The notes below the pieces were generated by a model. That model was not told the DNA's origin. It searched no databases and saw nothing but the letters and a program-made list of their open reading frames with translations. Source: Nitrospirota bacterium (GTDB lineage: Bacteria; Nitrospirota; Nitrospiria; Nitrospirales; Nitrospiraceae). From it: DNA of 64,000 nt. The translations under genes and the position numbers were made by a program. Positions 22,591 to 35,323 of this stretch are shown here, one piece after another (position 1 is the first letter of the stretch; each line of letters starts with the position of its first letter). The stretch is from NCBI GenBank assembly GCA_963701855.1, contig CAVPBK010000009.1, positions 256,001 to 320,000 of the forward strand, read 5' to 3'.

Positions 22591-25065
22591 TTATGGCACC
22601 GGACACGGCTTCACATTCCAAATGTCTTCTGCGTACTCCGCGATCGTACGGTCGCTGGAGAACTTCCCTGAGCCGGCGATATTCAAGATCGCTTTGCGTA
22701 CCCATCCATCCGAGTCGTAGTAAAGGTCGCACAGCTTCCGGTCGGCCCTGAGATAGGCCGTGAGGTCCGCCAGATGCATATAATGGTCTCCACCCGTCAG
22801 CAACGTGTGCCGCAGCGGTTCAAAGACGCCCGGTTCATACTGGTTGAAGTAGCCGGAGAAGATCAGGTCCAGCGCCGCGCGGGTTTCCGCCTCATTGTCA
22901 TAATGCCATTGTGGTCTGTACCAGTCCTTGCTGCCGGCCACCTGGTCCGCCGTGAGGCCGAACATGAAGAAGTGCTCCTCGCCCACTTCTTCTGCCATCT
23001 CGATGGTCGCGCCGTCGCGCGTCCCCAGCGTCAAGGCTCCGTTCATCATGAACTTCATGTTGCTCGTACCGCTGGCCTCGTACCCGGCTGTCGAAATCTG
23101 GTTGGAGACATCGGTGGCTGGAATCAGCCGCTCGGCAAGCGACACACAGTATTCCGGCAGGAACACGACCTTGAGTCGTCCGCGGACGATCGGATCTCCA
23201 TCGATGGTGCCGGCCAGATTATTGATGAACTTGATGATGACCTTGGCCAAATGGTAGGCCGGCGCCGCCTTGCCGGCAAAGAAAAATGTCCGCGGGGCTA
23301 TATCGAGGTTCGGATTCTCCCGCAACCGGTTGTACAATACGACGATGCGCAGCGCATTGAGCAGTTGCCGCTTGTATTCATGGATGCGTTTCACCTGGCA
23401 ATCGAAGATGCTATCCGGATCGACCGTTTGCCCGGATGTCGTCTTGAGCCACTGAACAAACTGCGATTTCGCATCGCGCTTGGCTTTACGGACCGCGTCG
23501 CGAAAGCCCTTGTCGCTGGACAGTTTTTTGAGCTTGCTCAGTTGACTGAGATCGGTAATCCATCCGTCTCCGATGGCTTCGGTGATGGCGTGCGAGAGCG
23601 CGGGGTTCGCCAGCAGCAACCAGCGTCGCGGCGTCACGCCGTTGGTCTTGTTGTTGAACCGCTCCGGAAACATCTCCGCCAGGTCCTTGACCGTCATCGT
23701 GCGGAGCAATCCTGAGTGAATGGCGGCCACGCCATTCGTACTATGCGTTCCAACGATGGCGAGATTGGCCATACGGACTTTACGCGTCGCGCCCTCCTCG
23801 ATGAGGCTTACGTTGGCGAGACGGCCTTCGTCGTCGCCGAATCGGACGCGCGCTTGGTCAAGATGCCGGCGGTTGATCTCGTAAATAATTTCCAAATGAC
23901 GCGGCAGCAAGAGCTTGAACCATTCCAGCGGCCATTTTTCCAATGCTTCGGGCAGCAGTGTATGGTTGGTATAGGCAAGCGATCGTTGAGTCAGATCCCA
24001 AGCATGGTCCCAACCGAGCTGCGCGTCGTCCAGAAGAATCCGCATCAGCTCGGGGACGGCCATCGTCGGATGCGTATCGTTCATCTGGATGGCGACTTTC
24101 TCGGGCAGGGCGTTCCAGTCGGTGTTGCCGCGCCGGAAGCGCCGCACAAGGTCGCCCAGCGAGCAGGCGACGAGGAAATACTCCTGCAGGAACCGCAACC
24201 CCTGGCCTCGCACTGTGGAGTCGTCGGGATAGAGCACACGCGTCAGGGACTCGGCCGCAAGCGTTCCAGCCAACGCGGCTACGAAATCACCGCTGCTGAA
24301 TCGCTGGAAGTCGAAGTAATCCGGTACCGCCGCAGCCCAAAGCCGGAGTGTATTGATGTTCTTTCCACCGTACCCGACGACGGGACGGTCGAACGGGATG
24401 CCGATAATGCTGGACGTCCGCCCAGGGATCATGCGTAATACCCCGTCGTGCAGCCCGAACGAGCAGTTCAATTTTACTTCAACCGATTCCTCGAGCCGTG
24501 CCACTTCCCAGGGATCAGGACGACGCAACCAATTATCCGGCTGTTCGCATTGCCAGCCATCCTTGATTGTTTGCTTGAAGATTCCGTATTCGTAACGAAG
24601 TCCATAACCCATCCCGGGAATCTGCATCGTCGCCATCGAATCGATGAAACAAGCCGCCAGCCGGCCAAGCCCGCCGTTGCCTAAACCGGCATCCGGCTCC
24701 CTTTCGACCAATGCCAGGAAGTCGACGCCTTTTATTTTCGCGGCCTCCATCGCCAATGGGTTGAGCAAGGCATTGGTGACGTTGTTCGCAAGCGACCTCC
24801 CAAGCAGAAATTCCATCGACAGGTAATACACCCGCTTGGCATTCTTCTGCTCGTAGGTATTTTCTGTCTTAAGCCAGCGTTGTGAAATGATATCGCGGAT
24901 CGACCGTGCTGCCGATTCAAACTGCTCCCGCAAATCGGCCTTCTTGGGATCAACGACATGGTCGAAAATCAGATGCCGCTCAAAGAGGGCGTCTTTCGTG
25001 CCCGAGAACTGGATGAGATCCGCTCCATATTGTTGAAGAATTTCGTTCTGGCGGTTCTTTTCCAT
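22591..25065 (-). CDS. glgP: glycogen/alpha-glucan phosphorylase
   Basis: Motifs [36 protein letters not shown] (PLP lysine). Confidence 0.96.
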   Translation of the reverse strand: MEKNRQNEILQQYGADLIQFSGTKDALFERHLIFDHVVDPKKADLREQFESAARSIRDIISQRWLKTENTYEQKNAKRVYYLSMEFLLGRSLANNVTNALLNPLAMEAAKIKGVDFLALVEREPDAGLGNGGLGRLAACFIDSMATMQIPGMGYGLRYEYGIFKQTIKDGWQCEQPDNWLRRPDPWEVARLEESVEVKLNCSFGLHDGVLRMIPGRTSSIIGIPFDRPVVGYGGKNINTLRLWAAAVPDYFDFQRFSSGDFVAALAGTLAAESLTRVLYPDDSTVRGQGLRFLQEYFLVACSLGDLVRRFRRGNTDWNALPEKVAIQMNDTHPTMAVPELMRILLDDAQLGWDHAWDLTQRSLAYTNHTLLPEALEKWPLEWFKLLLPRHLEIIYEINRRHLDQARVRFGDDEGRLANVSLIEEGATRKVRMANLAIVGTHSTNGVAAIHSGLLRTMTVKDLAEMFPERFNNKTNGVTPRRWLLLANPALSHAITEAIGDGWITDLSQLSKLKKLSSDKGFRDAVRKAKRDAKSQFVQWLKTTSGQTVDPDSIFDCQVKRIHEYKRQLLNALRIVVLYNRLRENPNLDIAPRTFFFAGKAAPAYHLAKVIIKFINNLAGTIDGDPIVRGRLKVVFLPEYCVSLAERLIPATDVSNQISTAGYEASGTSNMKFMMNGALTLGTRDGATIEMAEEVGEEHFFMFGLTADQVAGSKDWYRPQWHYDNEAETRAALDLIFSGYFNQYEPGVFEPLRHTLLTGGDHYMHLADLTAYLRADRKLCDLYYDSDGWVRKAILNIAGSGKFSSDRTIAEYAEDIWNVKPCPVP

Positions 25066-25075
25066 AATTCCTCCA

Positions 25076-25167
25076 ACTGGTCTGTCTCGTCTATCTGGTC
25101 CGTCTGGTTAAACAAGATCAACCAGATGAACCAGACAAACCGACTCAGCTTTTCCGCAGCCTGTTAA
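25076..25167. repeat. family A repeat, partial
   Basis: Short inverted 9-mer array ending CTTTTCCGCAGCCTGTTAA, overlapping the xfp stop codon. Confidence 0.65.
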
Positions 25168-27572
25168 ACGTTGTCTCCCTCCGTCGTGGTCCTCTTCCTC
25201 GTTGCCGCTTTCACCTTACCCCATTGCCAGTCGGTGATTTCCGGCATGTCTTCGCCATACTTCGCGATGTATTCTTTGTGCTCGATCAGTTTGTCGCGAA
25301 TCGCCTGCTTGAAATAGGCGGCGCGGGACCCGAGTTGCGGCAGCCGATCGATCACGTCGGCGGCGAGGTGAAACCGGTCGAGATCGTTCATCACCACCAT
25401 GTCGAACGGCGTGCTCGTCGTGCCTTCTTCCTTATAGCCTCGCACATGCATGTTCTTATGGTTCGTCCGCCGATAGGTGAGCCGATGGATGAGCCACGGG
25501 TAGCCGTGGAAGGCAAACACGATCGGCTTGTCCTTGGTGAACAGCGCATCGAAGTCCAGGTCGGACAGGCCATGCGGGTGCTCGCTCTGCGGCTGCAGTT
25601 TCATTAAATTGACGACGTTGATGACGCGGATCTTCAGCTCCGGGAGATGCTGACGAAACAGATCCACGGCGGCCAGCGTCTCCAGCGTCGGCACGTCTCC
25701 GCAACAGGCCATGACGACATCAGGATCTCCCCCCTTGTCGTTGCTGGCCCATTCCCAGATTCCGATGCCCGCCGTGCAGTGCTTGATCGCCTGGTCCATC
25801 GTCAACCATTGCGGAGCAGGCTGCTTGCCCGCGACGATGACGTTCACATAATTACGGCTGCGCAGACAGTGATCGGTGACCGACAGAAGCGTGTTGGCAT
25901 CCGGCGGCAGATAGACGCGCACTACCTCCGCTTTCTTGTTCACGACGTGATCGATGAAGCCGGGGTCTTGATGGCTGAATCCATTATGATCCTGCCGCCA
26001 GACGTGGGAGGACAAGAGATAGTTGAGCGACGCAATCGGCCGCCGCCAAGGGATGTGGTTGCAGACCTTCAGCCACTTGGCATGCTGGTTGAACATCGAG
26101 TCGATAATGTGAATGAACGCCTCGTAGCAGGAAAAAAACCCGTGCCGGCCGCTCAAGAGATACCCTTCCAGCCACCCCTGGCACTGGTGCTCACTGAGCA
26201 TTTCCATTACGCGTCCGTCAGGGGCCAAATGGTCATCGTATGGATAGCGATCCGCCATCCACGCGCGGTTGGTGACCTCCAGCGCATCTTGCCAGCGGTT
26301 TGAGTTGTTCTCGTCCGGACTGAACAGACGGAAATTACGGCTCTCCCTGTTCATCTTCATCGTGTCGGCCAGGAACTTTCCCATGTGGCGGGTGGACTCG
26401 GCCTCAATGGCGCCGGGTGTCGTGACCTTGACGGCATAGTCGCGGAAGTCCGGCAGACGCAAGTCCCTGAGCAGGAGGCCGCCGTTGGCGTGCGGATTGG
26501 CGCTCATGCGGCGCGTACCCTTCGGCGGAAGATCAGCGAGCTCAGGCATCAGCCGGCCGGTTTTGTCGAACAGCTCCTCCGGCTTGTAGCTCTTCATCCA
26601 CTTTTCGAGAATTTTCACGTGCTCGGGCTTCTCGTGCATTTCACCCATCGGCACCTGGTGGCTACGCCAGTAGTCCTCGCACCGTTTGCCGTCGATTTCC
26701 TTCGGACAGGTCCACCCCTTGGGCGAACGGAGGATGATCATCGGCCAACGCGGCCGCTCCTTCACACCTTTCGTCCGCGCCTGGGTCTGGATGCTGCGGA
26801 TTTCATCCATGCAGGTGTCGATGGTGTCAGCCATGAGCTGGTGCATCTTGGCCGGATCACTGCCCTCGACAAAATGGGGCGTGTATCCATAGCCGCGGAA
26901 GAGCTGATCCAATTCTTCGTGGCTGATACGAGCCAACACGCAAGGATTGGCGATCTTGTACCCGTTCAGGTGCAGGATCGGCAGCACGGCTCCGTCGGTC
27001 GCCGGATTGAGGAACTTGTTGGAGTGCCAGGAAGTCGCCAATGGTCCGGTTTCCGCCTCGCCGTCGCCGACCACGCAGGCGACGATCAGGTCGGGATTGT
27101 CATACGCAGCCCCGTATGCGTGAGAAACCGCATACCCCAATTCGCCGCCTTCGTGTATGGAGCCGGGGGTCTCGGGCGCCACGTGGCTGGGAATGCCTCC
27201 GGGGAACGAGAACTGCTTGAACAGCCGCTGCATGCCCTCCTCGTCCTGTGCGATATTCGGATAGACCTCCGAGTAGGTGCCTTCCATGTAGGTATTGGCG
27301 ACGATGCCGGGGCCGCCATGACCCGGACCGATAATGTAGATCATGCTGAGGTCGCGTGCCTTGATCGCTCGATTCAGATGGGCATAGATGAAATTCAGGC
27401 CCGGGGTGGTGCCCCAGTGACCCAGCAGCCGCGCCTTCACATGCTCCTTACTCAGCGGCTTCTTCAGCAGCGGGTTATCGTGCAGATAAATCTGTCCCAC
27501 CGAGAGATAGTTCGCCGCCCTCCAATAGGCATCAATCAATTTCAGTTCCTTCTGCGATATCGGATTTCCCAT
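25164..27572 (-). CDS. xfp: xylulose-5-P/fructose-6-P phosphoketolase
   Basis: Motifs [49 protein letters not shown]; start ATG 27572 after an RBS-like purine run. Confidence 0.96.
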   Translation of the reverse strand: MGNPISQKELKLIDAYWRAANYLSVGQIYLHDNPLLKKPLSKEHVKARLLGHWGTTPGLNFIYAHLNRAIKARDLSMIYIIGPGHGGPGIVANTYMEGTYSEVYPNIAQDEEGMQRLFKQFSFPGGIPSHVAPETPGSIHEGGELGYAVSHAYGAAYDNPDLIVACVVGDGEAETGPLATSWHSNKFLNPATDGAVLPILHLNGYKIANPCVLARISHEELDQLFRGYGYTPHFVEGSDPAKMHQLMADTIDTCMDEIRSIQTQARTKGVKERPRWPMIILRSPKGWTCPKEIDGKRCEDYWRSHQVPMGEMHEKPEHVKILEKWMKSYKPEELFDKTGRLMPELADLPPKGTRRMSANPHANGGLLLRDLRLPDFRDYAVKVTTPGAIEAESTRHMGKFLADTMKMNRESRNFRLFSPDENNSNRWQDALEVTNRAWMADRYPYDDHLAPDGRVMEMLSEHQCQGWLEGYLLSGRHGFFSCYEAFIHIIDSMFNQHAKWLKVCNHIPWRRPIASLNYLLSSHVWRQDHNGFSHQDPGFIDHVVNKKAEVVRVYLPPDANTLLSVTDHCLRSRNYVNVIVAGKQPAPQWLTMDQAIKHCTAGIGIWEWASNDKGGDPDVVMACCGDVPTLETLAAVDLFRQHLPELKIRVINVVNLMKLQPQSEHPHGLSDLDFDALFTKDKPIVFAFHGYPWLIHRLTYRRTNHKNMHVRGYKEEGTTSTPFDMVVMNDLDRFHLAADVIDRLPQLGSRAAYFKQAIRDKLIEHKEYIAKYGEDMPEITDWQWGKVKAATRKRTTTEGDNV

Positions 27573-27615
27573 GACCTCTCCTTTCCCTCTGATTGATATA
27601 CTCGGCTCTGTTGAC

Positions 27616-28842
27616 TTATGGACGTCCGCCTCGCACGCACTGAACCGTCTCCCTGGCGATCCAGGTTTCTTCGTCCGCCGCGACCACGTAAGCCGCCAAC
27701 CGCGATCCATCCACACTGATTTTTGCTGCACGACCAGGCGCAAGCCCGATCGCCGCTCGATTAAAGTCGGGATCGAGCCTCAAGCCGCACCATTCCATCT
27801 TCTTGCAAATCCGGTCTCGAATCTCCGGTGCGTTTTCTCCGATCCCACCTCCGAAGACGATGGCATCGGCGCCGCCTAACAGGGCAAGGTAGGAACCGAG
27901 ATACTTGCGCGCCCGATAGCAGAATAGATCAATGGCGAACTCCGCCCGTTTGTCCTGCTCCTGCTCGGCCGCGCGAAGCAGCTCCCGCATGTCGTTTGAG
28001 CGACCTGACAGTCCGAGGAGGCCCGACCGCTCGTTGAGCCACCGCTCGACTTCTGCTGCTTCGACCTTCTCCCGGTCGGACAAGTAGCCGACGATGGAGG
28101 CATCGACATCGCCCGAACGTGTCCCCATCACCAACCCCTCCAACGGGGTGAACCCCATCGAGGTTTCGACCGACCGGCCTTGTGCGATCGCGGCGATGGA
28201 GCAGCCATTGCCCAACTGCAGGGTGATCAGACGCGCCTCCTCCAAGGGAGTCCCCGTCACTGCCGCATATCCATCCGCGAGCGAAGCGTGAGCTATCCCA
28301 TGGAATCCGTAGCGGCGGATCCGGTGCCGCTCTGCCAGCTCAACAGGGAGCGCATACTGCCTGGCGACTTCCGGCATGGTCTGGTGAAAGGCCGTGTCGA
28401 ACACTGCCACCATCGGTCGCGTCGGGCCAAAAGCCGCCCGCGCTCCGCGAATCCCTGCGAGGCACGAGGGATTATGCAGGGGCGCCAACTCGGACAGCGC
28501 CTCGATTCCGGCCTCTACCTGCTCAGTAATCATTGTGGACTTCACAAACTGATCTCCTCCGTGCACCACCCGATGTCCGACCGCTTCGATCTGGCCCAGA
28601 GATCCGGCCAGTCGATCGAGCAGAACACGCAACGCATGCGCATGGTCCCGAATCTCCAACGTCGTCGTCGAACGGTCTACAGCCTGTCCCGTCACCTCGA
28701 AGCTTGCGACGCTCCCGATGCCCTTCACGGCGCCTTGGAGCAATGCCGGCCGAGTTGTCAGTACGCCCCCCGGCTCTTCGACCACCTCCACGAGCCGAAA
28801 CTTGATCGACGAACTCCCGCTGTTGATCACCAGAACCTGCAT
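27616..28842 (-). CDS. ackA: acetate kinase, copy 1
   Basis: Motifs [40 protein letters not shown]. Confidence 0.93.
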   Translation of the reverse strand: MQVLVINSGSSSIKFRLVEVVEEPGGVLTTRPALLQGAVKGIGSVASFEVTGQAVDRSTTTLEIRDHAHALRVLLDRLAGSLGQIEAVGHRVVHGGDQFVKSTMITEQVEAGIEALSELAPLHNPSCLAGIRGARAAFGPTRPMVAVFDTAFHQTMPEVARQYALPVELAERHRIRRYGFHGIAHASLADGYAAVTGTPLEEARLITLQLGNGCSIAAIAQGRSVETSMGFTPLEGLVMGTRSGDVDASIVGYLSDREKVEAAEVERWLNERSGLLGLSGRSNDMRELLRAAEQEQDKRAEFAIDLFCYRARKYLGSYLALLGGADAIVFGGGIGENAPEIRDRICKKMEWCGLRLDPDFNRAAIGLAPGRAAKISVDGSRLAAYVVAADEETWIARETVQCVRGGRP

Positions 28843-28880
28843 GTCAATGCTGAAGCCTCGCGGCATGTGCCCGGAAGATA

Positions 28881-29956
28881 TCAGTCATCGTGCCAGTCCG
28901 AGCGATGCGCGGCTGCACTCCGCAGCGGCCGGTTCGTGCCTCCAAGGCTTGTCGGTATAGCTGCCGATGGCGGCTCGCTGTTGCATTTGGCCCGATGATG
29001 GAAGGCCAGCTGGGCGGCTTTCAGGTTTTCGTTTTTGCCGATGCCAGGCTTCCAGCGCCACGATCCTGCAGGGCGCGACCGTATGAAAAACTGATCGTCC
29101 AGGGTTTCGGTCAGATCCAGGCGATTGATGGCATCGAGATGCGCGGTCGCAAGTCACGCTCGGCTGCCCGCCGGACAAGAACACGATGCCGGGAACCGCC
29201 GCCGGCACATGACGGCGCAAACAGCGCAACGTGGCCGTTGCGACCTCCTGCACGGAGGCCTGCTTGGGACAAACTTTTCCGGCGATCACCATGCTGGGTT
29301 TCAGAGAGCATGCCTTCCAGCCGGACGCACTGCTCGAAGAGCGCGTCGAAGACCGTATGGAGCACCCAACTCGTGACCTCCTCGCAGCGTTCGATGGTGT
29401 GAGACCCGTCCATGAGAACCTCCGGCTCCACAATCGGCACGATGCCTTGTTCCTGGCACAGGGCGGCATACCGGGCCAGCGCATGGGCGTTGACGTTCAC
29501 GCACATCGGGCTGGGCAGTGCGTCGGTGATGCGAATGACCGCCCGCCACTTGGCGAATCGCGCGCCTATGGCCGCGTATTCCTTCAGGCGGTCCCGAAGT
29601 CCATCGAGTCCTTCGGTCATCTTTTCCTCCGGTGAACCGGTAAGCACCTTTGCACCGGTATCCACTTTGATCCCCGGAATAATCCCCTGCTTGGATAACA
29701 CTTCAGCCAACGGTATGCCCGCGGCGTTCTTCTGACGGATGGTCTCGTCATACATGATGACGCCGCTGATAAAAGCGGCAGCTCCCGGCGTCGTAAAAAA
29801 CATTTCGCGATAGGTGCGTCGGCTGTCCTCGGTGGAGGTAATCTTCAATGCGTCGAACCGCTTGGTGATTGTGGAAACTGTTTCATCTGCTGCCAGAATG
29901 CCCTTGCCTTCGGCTATCAACTCTCTTGCCGTCTGTTCCAGTTCTTGTCGTCCCAT
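28881..29956 (-). pseudogene. class I fructose-bisphosphate aldolase; 3' part broken by several frameshifts
   Basis: KGILAADE, FAKWR, PIVEPEV in frame; [25 protein letters not shown] and HRAKCN recoverable only by switching frames from about 29305. Confidence 0.88.
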
Positions 29957-30304
29957 ATGGATGCCCCCCAATCTCTGGATTCGTTACTCCTCAATCCCCC
30001 CCGACCCAGTCCCTCTTATTTCCGGCAGATCCATCCGAAATATCTAAAAGAGGAAATACCTTATACATCGCTCTAAGTAGTTGCAACGGTAAATTTTTTG
30101 TAAATTTCCCGTCCTGTTCAGCTCGTCAAGCAAGAGCCTTGCCGTAAATACGTAGCGGGAATGAGTACGCTCTTTTCCTCAGAAACTTTAACTTTTCCAG
30201 AAGTTCAGAAGGGGACAGGCTTCAGATGGAAGGAGGTCCATGGGGAGAAACGCAACAAGCCGCAAGGGGAGTTGTCCTCATTCTCCTCACCCGGGAAAGA
30301 CTTA

Positions 30305-30461
30305 GCCGCTTCCAGGTTCAGCGTGGGTTCAGATCGATTCCGCCGCACCGAAAGTCGATTGCCGTCTTGAGTTTTCCCGTGTTGCGGAACCAGCAGGCCA
30401 TGCTCTTGATCTTCTGGATCTTACTGTTGAGCCCCTCGCTCACCGCGTTGGTCACCGGATG
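30305..30461 (-). mobile_element. ISL3-family transposase C-terminal relic
   Basis: Reads HPVTNAVSEGLNSKIQKIKSMACWFRN..KLKTAIDFRCGGIDLNPR*, followed by a degenerate end ACCTGGAAGCGGC. Confidence 0.75.
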
Positions 30462-30544
30462 TTGCCCCCACAATGTACGCCTTGTTCATCGCGTAGGCAT
30501 ACTGAAGCCGCGGCTGCAGCTTGAAGATGCAGGAGTTTGGCCCG

Positions 30545-30588
30545 TTGTAAACCGCAGGTTGGAGATTCAATTCCTTTCGCCGGCTCCA
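30545..30588 (+). other. 3' half of a tRNA (Thr-TGT-like), att-site-like fragment
   Basis: TTGTAA anticodon-loop remnant, T-arm-like GATTCAATTCC, acceptor strand CGCCGGC-T-CCA; no 5' half upstream. Confidence 0.6.
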
Positions 30589-30709
30589 CACAGTTGAACC
30601 TCCAACCTAGGGGTTTCGAAGGGGATGTGTCCCCTTCGTGGGGAGTATGCGAGGGGGCTGCCCCCTTCGCAAGAGCCGATGAGGCAAGTTTCAGAGCCGA
30701 CCCGGCGAT

Positions 30710-30742
30710 GGTTGGATGGTTCGATTCCTCCCGCCAGCTCCA
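30710..30742 (+). other. second tRNA 3'-end fragment
   Basis: GGTTGGATGGTTCGATTCCTCCCGCCAGCTCCA: T-loop plus acceptor strand and CCA, similar to 30545-30588. Confidence 0.6.
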
Positions 30743-30819
30743 GACTACTCGCTGACATCCCAACCGATTCGGAATCGTCCTCTCCGCTGCTCCGGAGTTT
30801 TGGATACGATCCAGGCCTG

Positions 30820-31641
30820 TCAGTATACCTTCAGGCCTTCCGCGGCAAATTGAGCGCACACGCGTTGAACCAGTTCATGAGTAGGGGGCTCTGTATTTTG
30901 GAGAGTGTAGTTGAGGCCAAGTTCCTTCCATTTGAATCGGCCCAGCTGATGAAAAGGCAGGACGTCGACGCGCTCGATATTCCCCAGACCGGCCGCGAAC
31001 TTGGCGATATGCGAAACGTCCTGCGGGTCGTCGGTTAATGCCGGCACCAGGACAAAGCGGAGCCAGCAAGGCCGTTTGCGGGCAGCCAGCCGGCGCGCGA
31101 ATTCAAGTACAGGGCCGACATCTTTACCGGTCAGATGTCGATGGCGTTCTGCATCCCACGTCTTAATATCGAGCAGCACGAGGTTGATCTTCTCCAACTC
31201 GCCGTCACTGAGGCGATCGCCGAGAAAGCCGTTGGTGTCCAACGCAGTGTGGACCCCCATTTCCTGCGCGGCGGCAAATAACCTGACGACAAACCGGTCC
31301 TGCATCAGTGGCTCGCCACCGCTGATGGTGAGTCCCCCGGACATCACCTTCAGTCCGTGCCGATATTTTCGAAGCTCCTCGATCGCGCGTGAGAGGGGGA
31401 CGGGCGTGCCATTCGTCAGGCTCCATGTATCTGGATTGTGGCAATACAGACATCGGAACTGGCAACCAGACAGCCATGCGACGACACGCATTCCGGGTCC
31501 ATCGACGGCCGATCCAGTGGTAAATGAATGAATGAAGCCGATGTCTCCGCTCTCGAGCGCTTGTTTGATGACCGACTCGGATACTTTGCTACCTTTGTTC
31601 ACCCGGAGCTCGAACGGGCTTTTTGCCTCGAGCAGACTCAT
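30820..31641 (-). CDS. pflA: pyruvate formate-lyase activating enzyme (radical SAM)
   Basis: VDGPG, CQFRCLYCHNPDTW (CxxxCxxC), SGGEPL, LPFHQLG; adjacent to pflB. Confidence 0.96.
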   Translation of the reverse strand: MSLLEAKSPFELRVNKGSKVSESVIKQALESGDIGFIHSFTTGSAVDGPGMRVVAWLSGCQFRCLYCHNPDTWSLTNGTPVPLSRAIEELRKYRHGLKVMSGGLTISGGEPLMQDRFVVRLFAAAQEMGVHTALDTNGFLGDRLSDGELEKINLVLLDIKTWDAERHRHLTGKDVGPVLEFARRLAARKRPCWLRFVLVPALTDDPQDVSHIAKFAAGLGNIERVDVLPFHQLGRFKWKELGLNYTLQNTEPPTHELVQRVCAQFAAEGLKVY

Positions 31642-31850
31642 TTATCATTTCCGGTGCCATGGCTTGTTACCTCCCGCCGTAGCAGTGATTGTAATCCGTT
31701 CCGCCTTGGCGCAAACCCGCGCAGAGCGCAATCAACCCCACGATGCCGACATGCCATTGACGGCATAGGCTTTCTCCACTCTCAACGACGATTTTAAAAC
31801 CAAGAGCCCCAGTTCTCGTGTTTGCCTGCAAAAGTTTACGAGCACGCCCG

Positions 31851-34118
31851 TCATGACCCATGGAATGTGCGATTGATGACATCCAGTTGTTGCTCCCGCG
31901 AGAGGCGCACGAAGTTGACGGCATAGCCCGAGACCCGAATCGTCAAGGACGGATATTTCTCTGGATGATCCATGGCATCAAGCAGGGTTTCACGGTTCAG
32001 TACGTTCACGTTCATGTGATACCCCGTAGCACCAAAAAACGCGTCGAGTATGCCACGTAGGTTCTTGATTCTATCCTCTTCGATCCTCCCAAGGCCCTCC
32101 GGCAGTAACGTTGTCGTGAGTGAAATGCCGTCAGCGGCGTCGCGGTATGGAATTTTGGCCACCGAAGCAGCCGATGCATGAACGCCGTGCTTGTCGCGTC
32201 CGTGCATCGGATTGGCGCCTGGAGCGAACGGCTGCCCCTTCCTCCGCCCATCCGGGGTGTTGCCGGTATTCTTTCCGTAGACAACATTTGACGTGATGGT
32301 CAGGATCGATTGTGTGTGCAGGGCATGTCGATAGGTCGGATATTTCCTCAGCTTCTTCATGAACGTACTGACAACCCAGGTCGCCATCTGGTCGACGCGG
32401 TTGTCGTTATTTCCAAACTGCGGGAACTCGCCTTCGGTTTGATAGTCGGTAATCAGGCCCGTTTGATCGCGGATCACGCGGACCTTGGCATATCGGATAG
32501 CGGAGAGGCTATCGGCAACCACCGACAGACCTGCCATACCAAACGCCATAGTTCGCAACGGTGCATAATCGTGGAGGGCCATTTCAATCCGCTCATATGC
32601 ATATTTGTCGTGCATGTAGTGGATGATATTCATGGCATTGACGTAGACCCCGGCGAGCCAGTCCATCATCGTCTCGAAGCGATCGATCATGTCCTCGATA
32701 TCGAGGTACTCGCCCTTGACTGGCTCGGTTGCCGGACCCACCTGCTTGCCGGTGAGTTCATCGCGGCCACCATTGATCGAGTACAAGAGGCATTTTGCCA
32801 TATTGGCTCGAGCGCCGAAGAACTGCATTTGTTTGCCGACCAGCATCGGAGAGACACAGCAGGCGATGGCGCCGTCATCCCCCCAGGTACTTCGCATAAT
32901 CTCGTCGTTTTCGAATTGAATTGAACTGGTGTCGATCGCCACTTTTGCAGCAAAACTGCGAAATCCATCGGGAAGACGCGGGGAATACCAGATCGTCAGG
33001 TTTGGTTCCGGCGCCGGACCGAGATTGGAGAGCGTTTGCAGATACCGAAAGCTTGTCTTGGTGACGAGTGGCCGTCCGTCATCTCCCATGCCGGCAATCG
33101 ATTCGGTGACCCATGTTGGGTCACCCGCAAACAGTTCATCGTATTCAGGCGTGCGCAAAAAACGAACGATTCGCAGCTTGATGACAAAATCATCGATGAT
33201 TTCCTGCGCCTGCTGTTCCGTGATCGCGCCGGCCGCAAGGTCGCGCTCGAAATAGATATCCAGAAACGTCGAGGTCCGCCCCAAAGACATCGCCGCGCCG
33301 TTCTGCTCTTTCACCGCAGCCAAGTAAGCGAAGTACAGCCACTGAACAGCCTCGCGTGACGTGCGAGCCGGAACGGAGATATCGAACCCGTACTTCGAGG
33401 CCATCTGCTGAAGTTCCTCGAGTGCGCGAATCTGTTCACTGAGCTCTTCGCGGTCCCGAATGATCTCATCGGTGGACATGGCCGAATCGAGGCCGCATTT
33501 CTCTTCCTGCTTTCGTTCAATGAGCCGGGCGACACCGTAGAGGGCAACTCGGCGATAATCGCCGATGATTCGACCTCGACCATAGGCGTCAGGAAGCCCG
33601 GTCAAAATATGCGAACTGCGGCAATTTCTGACGTCCGCCGTGTAGGCATCGAACACGGCTTCGTTATGAGTCTTTCGATATTTGGTAAAGGTCTCAACTA
33701 GATGTGGCTCTGGTTCGTATCCGTATGTCTTCAGCGCGTTGAGAACCATCCGGAATCCGCCGTTTGGCATGATTGCCCGCTTGAGCGGCGCATCGGTTTG
33801 TAGGCCGACGATCACTTCATGATCTCGATCGATGTACCCTGGAGCATGCGCCGTGATGGAGCTGGGAATCTGAGAGATATCGAGTACCCCCTTCTTGCGC
33901 TCCTCCACAAAAAGGTCAGTGAGGATTTTCCAGATCTTCTTGGTACGCTCGGTTGCCGGAGCGAGAAATGAATGATCTCCTTCGTATGGTTTGTAATTCT
34001 GCTGGATAAAGTTGCGAACATTGATTTCCCTTTGCCAAAGACCCGGATTGAATCCCTCCCAGCCTGGAGCTATCTTGGCGCGGTTGGATTCAGGTTTCGC
34101 TGAAACAGAGGTAGCCAT
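31851..34118 (-). CDS. pflB: pyruvate formate-lyase (formate C-acetyltransferase)
   Basis: [17 protein letters not shown], active-site IACCVS, glycyl-radical loop IRVSGYAV. Confidence 0.97.
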   Translation of the reverse strand: MATSVSAKPESNRAKIAPGWEGFNPGLWQREINVRNFIQQNYKPYEGDHSFLAPATERTKKIWKILTDLFVEERKKGVLDISQIPSSITAHAPGYIDRDHEVIVGLQTDAPLKRAIMPNGGFRMVLNALKTYGYEPEPHLVETFTKYRKTHNEAVFDAYTADVRNCRSSHILTGLPDAYGRGRIIGDYRRVALYGVARLIERKQEEKCGLDSAMSTDEIIRDREELSEQIRALEELQQMASKYGFDISVPARTSREAVQWLYFAYLAAVKEQNGAAMSLGRTSTFLDIYFERDLAAGAITEQQAQEIIDDFVIKLRIVRFLRTPEYDELFAGDPTWVTESIAGMGDDGRPLVTKTSFRYLQTLSNLGPAPEPNLTIWYSPRLPDGFRSFAAKVAIDTSSIQFENDEIMRSTWGDDGAIACCVSPMLVGKQMQFFGARANMAKCLLYSINGGRDELTGKQVGPATEPVKGEYLDIEDMIDRFETMMDWLAGVYVNAMNIIHYMHDKYAYERIEMALHDYAPLRTMAFGMAGLSVVADSLSAIRYAKVRVIRDQTGLITDYQTEGEFPQFGNNDNRVDQMATWVVSTFMKKLRKYPTYRHALHTQSILTITSNVVYGKNTGNTPDGRRKGQPFAPGANPMHGRDKHGVHASAASVAKIPYRDAADGISLTTTLLPEGLGRIEEDRIKNLRGILDAFFGATGYHMNVNVLNRETLLDAMDHPEKYPSLTIRVSGYAVNFVRLSREQQLDVINRTFHGS

Positions 34119-34134
34119 GGTACTTCTCCTCCTG

Positions 34135-35314
34135 TTAACGCAATTTAAGCAGGTTTGCCGTATGCCGGGCGATCATCAATTCCTCATTGGTGGGGATCAC
34201 CCACACGGAGACCTTGCTTTGGAGCGTCGAGATCCGCGGACCTTTTCGGGCATTTGCCTGCGTATCGAGTGCGACGCCCAACCATGCCGACGCTTCGCAG
34301 ATCCGCTGGCGAATCGCCGGCGAGTTTTCGCCGATGCCGGCGGTAAACACGAGGGCATCGACCCCGCATAGAACGGCGGCGAGTGCACCGATCTCCTTGG
34401 CGGCGCGATAGACAAAGTAGTCCACCGCAAGCCGCGCTTCCGGCTCGGCTCGTCCCAGCAGGTCGCGCATATCGTTGCTGATCCCTGAGATCCCCAAAAG
34501 ACCGGACTTTTTGTACAGCACAGTTTCTACTTCTTTCGCTGAGAGTTTCAGGCCTTGAAAGAGATGCAGCACGACGCCTGGATCGAGCGTGCCGGGCCTC
34601 GTACCCATACAGAGACCATCAAGCGGAGTGAAGCCGAGCGTGCAATCGACGCTTTTCCCTCCTCGCAGCGCGCATAAGCTCGCCCCGCTTCCGAGATGTG
34701 CGACGATGACGCGGGCATTGGCAATTTCTGGAGCGACCTCCGGCAAAACCGACGCGATATATTCGTAAGACAAGCCATGAAAGCCGTATCGTTGCAGACC
34801 TGCTTGGCGAAGGTCACGCGGGAGCGGGATCAGTTCGGCAACGGCGGGTTGTCCACGATGAAAGCTGGTATCGAAGCATGCCACCTGCGGCACATCGGGC
34901 AATCGTTCGGAGACGGCTTCGATGGCTGCCAGATTGTGAGGCTGATGAAGGGGCGCCAGTGGAATCAACTCGCGAAGCTCCGTAAGGACTTTCGGGTTCA
35001 AGATTGTCGGCCCGGCGAAATGCGCCCCACCGTGGACGACGCGATGGCCGACGCCCACCACTCGCGAGCCGCCATATTTCGATCTCAGCCACACCGCGCT
35101 CGCATTTATGGCCTCACGACCGTCGCGAGCGGCAACATCCTGGTTTGCCAAGCGGTTCTCCGTCGGCGTCTTTCACAGAGAGACGAGGTGACGTGCCGAT
35201 TCCTTCGATTTGGCCCCGCGCTTCCACGCGCCAGGCTTCGCCAGCCGGTCGCTGAAACACGCAGAACTTCAGACTCGACGATCCTGCATTGACCACCAGC
35301 CCATAGTCGTCCAC
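34135..35314 (-). pseudogene. ackA: acetate/propionate kinase, copy 2, with +1 frameshift near 35158 (possibly a sequence error)
   Basis: N-terminus VNAGSSSLKF (GTG 35314 after AGGAGG) and body [19 protein letters not shown] lie in different frames. Confidence 0.88.
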
Positions 35315-35323
35315 GGCCACCTC

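Noticed and set aside
30670..30742. Full tRNA-Sec (TTCA plus a long variable-arm-like hairpin)
   Set aside because: No pairing anticodon stem, D-arm or 5' acceptor strand; kept only as a 3' fragment
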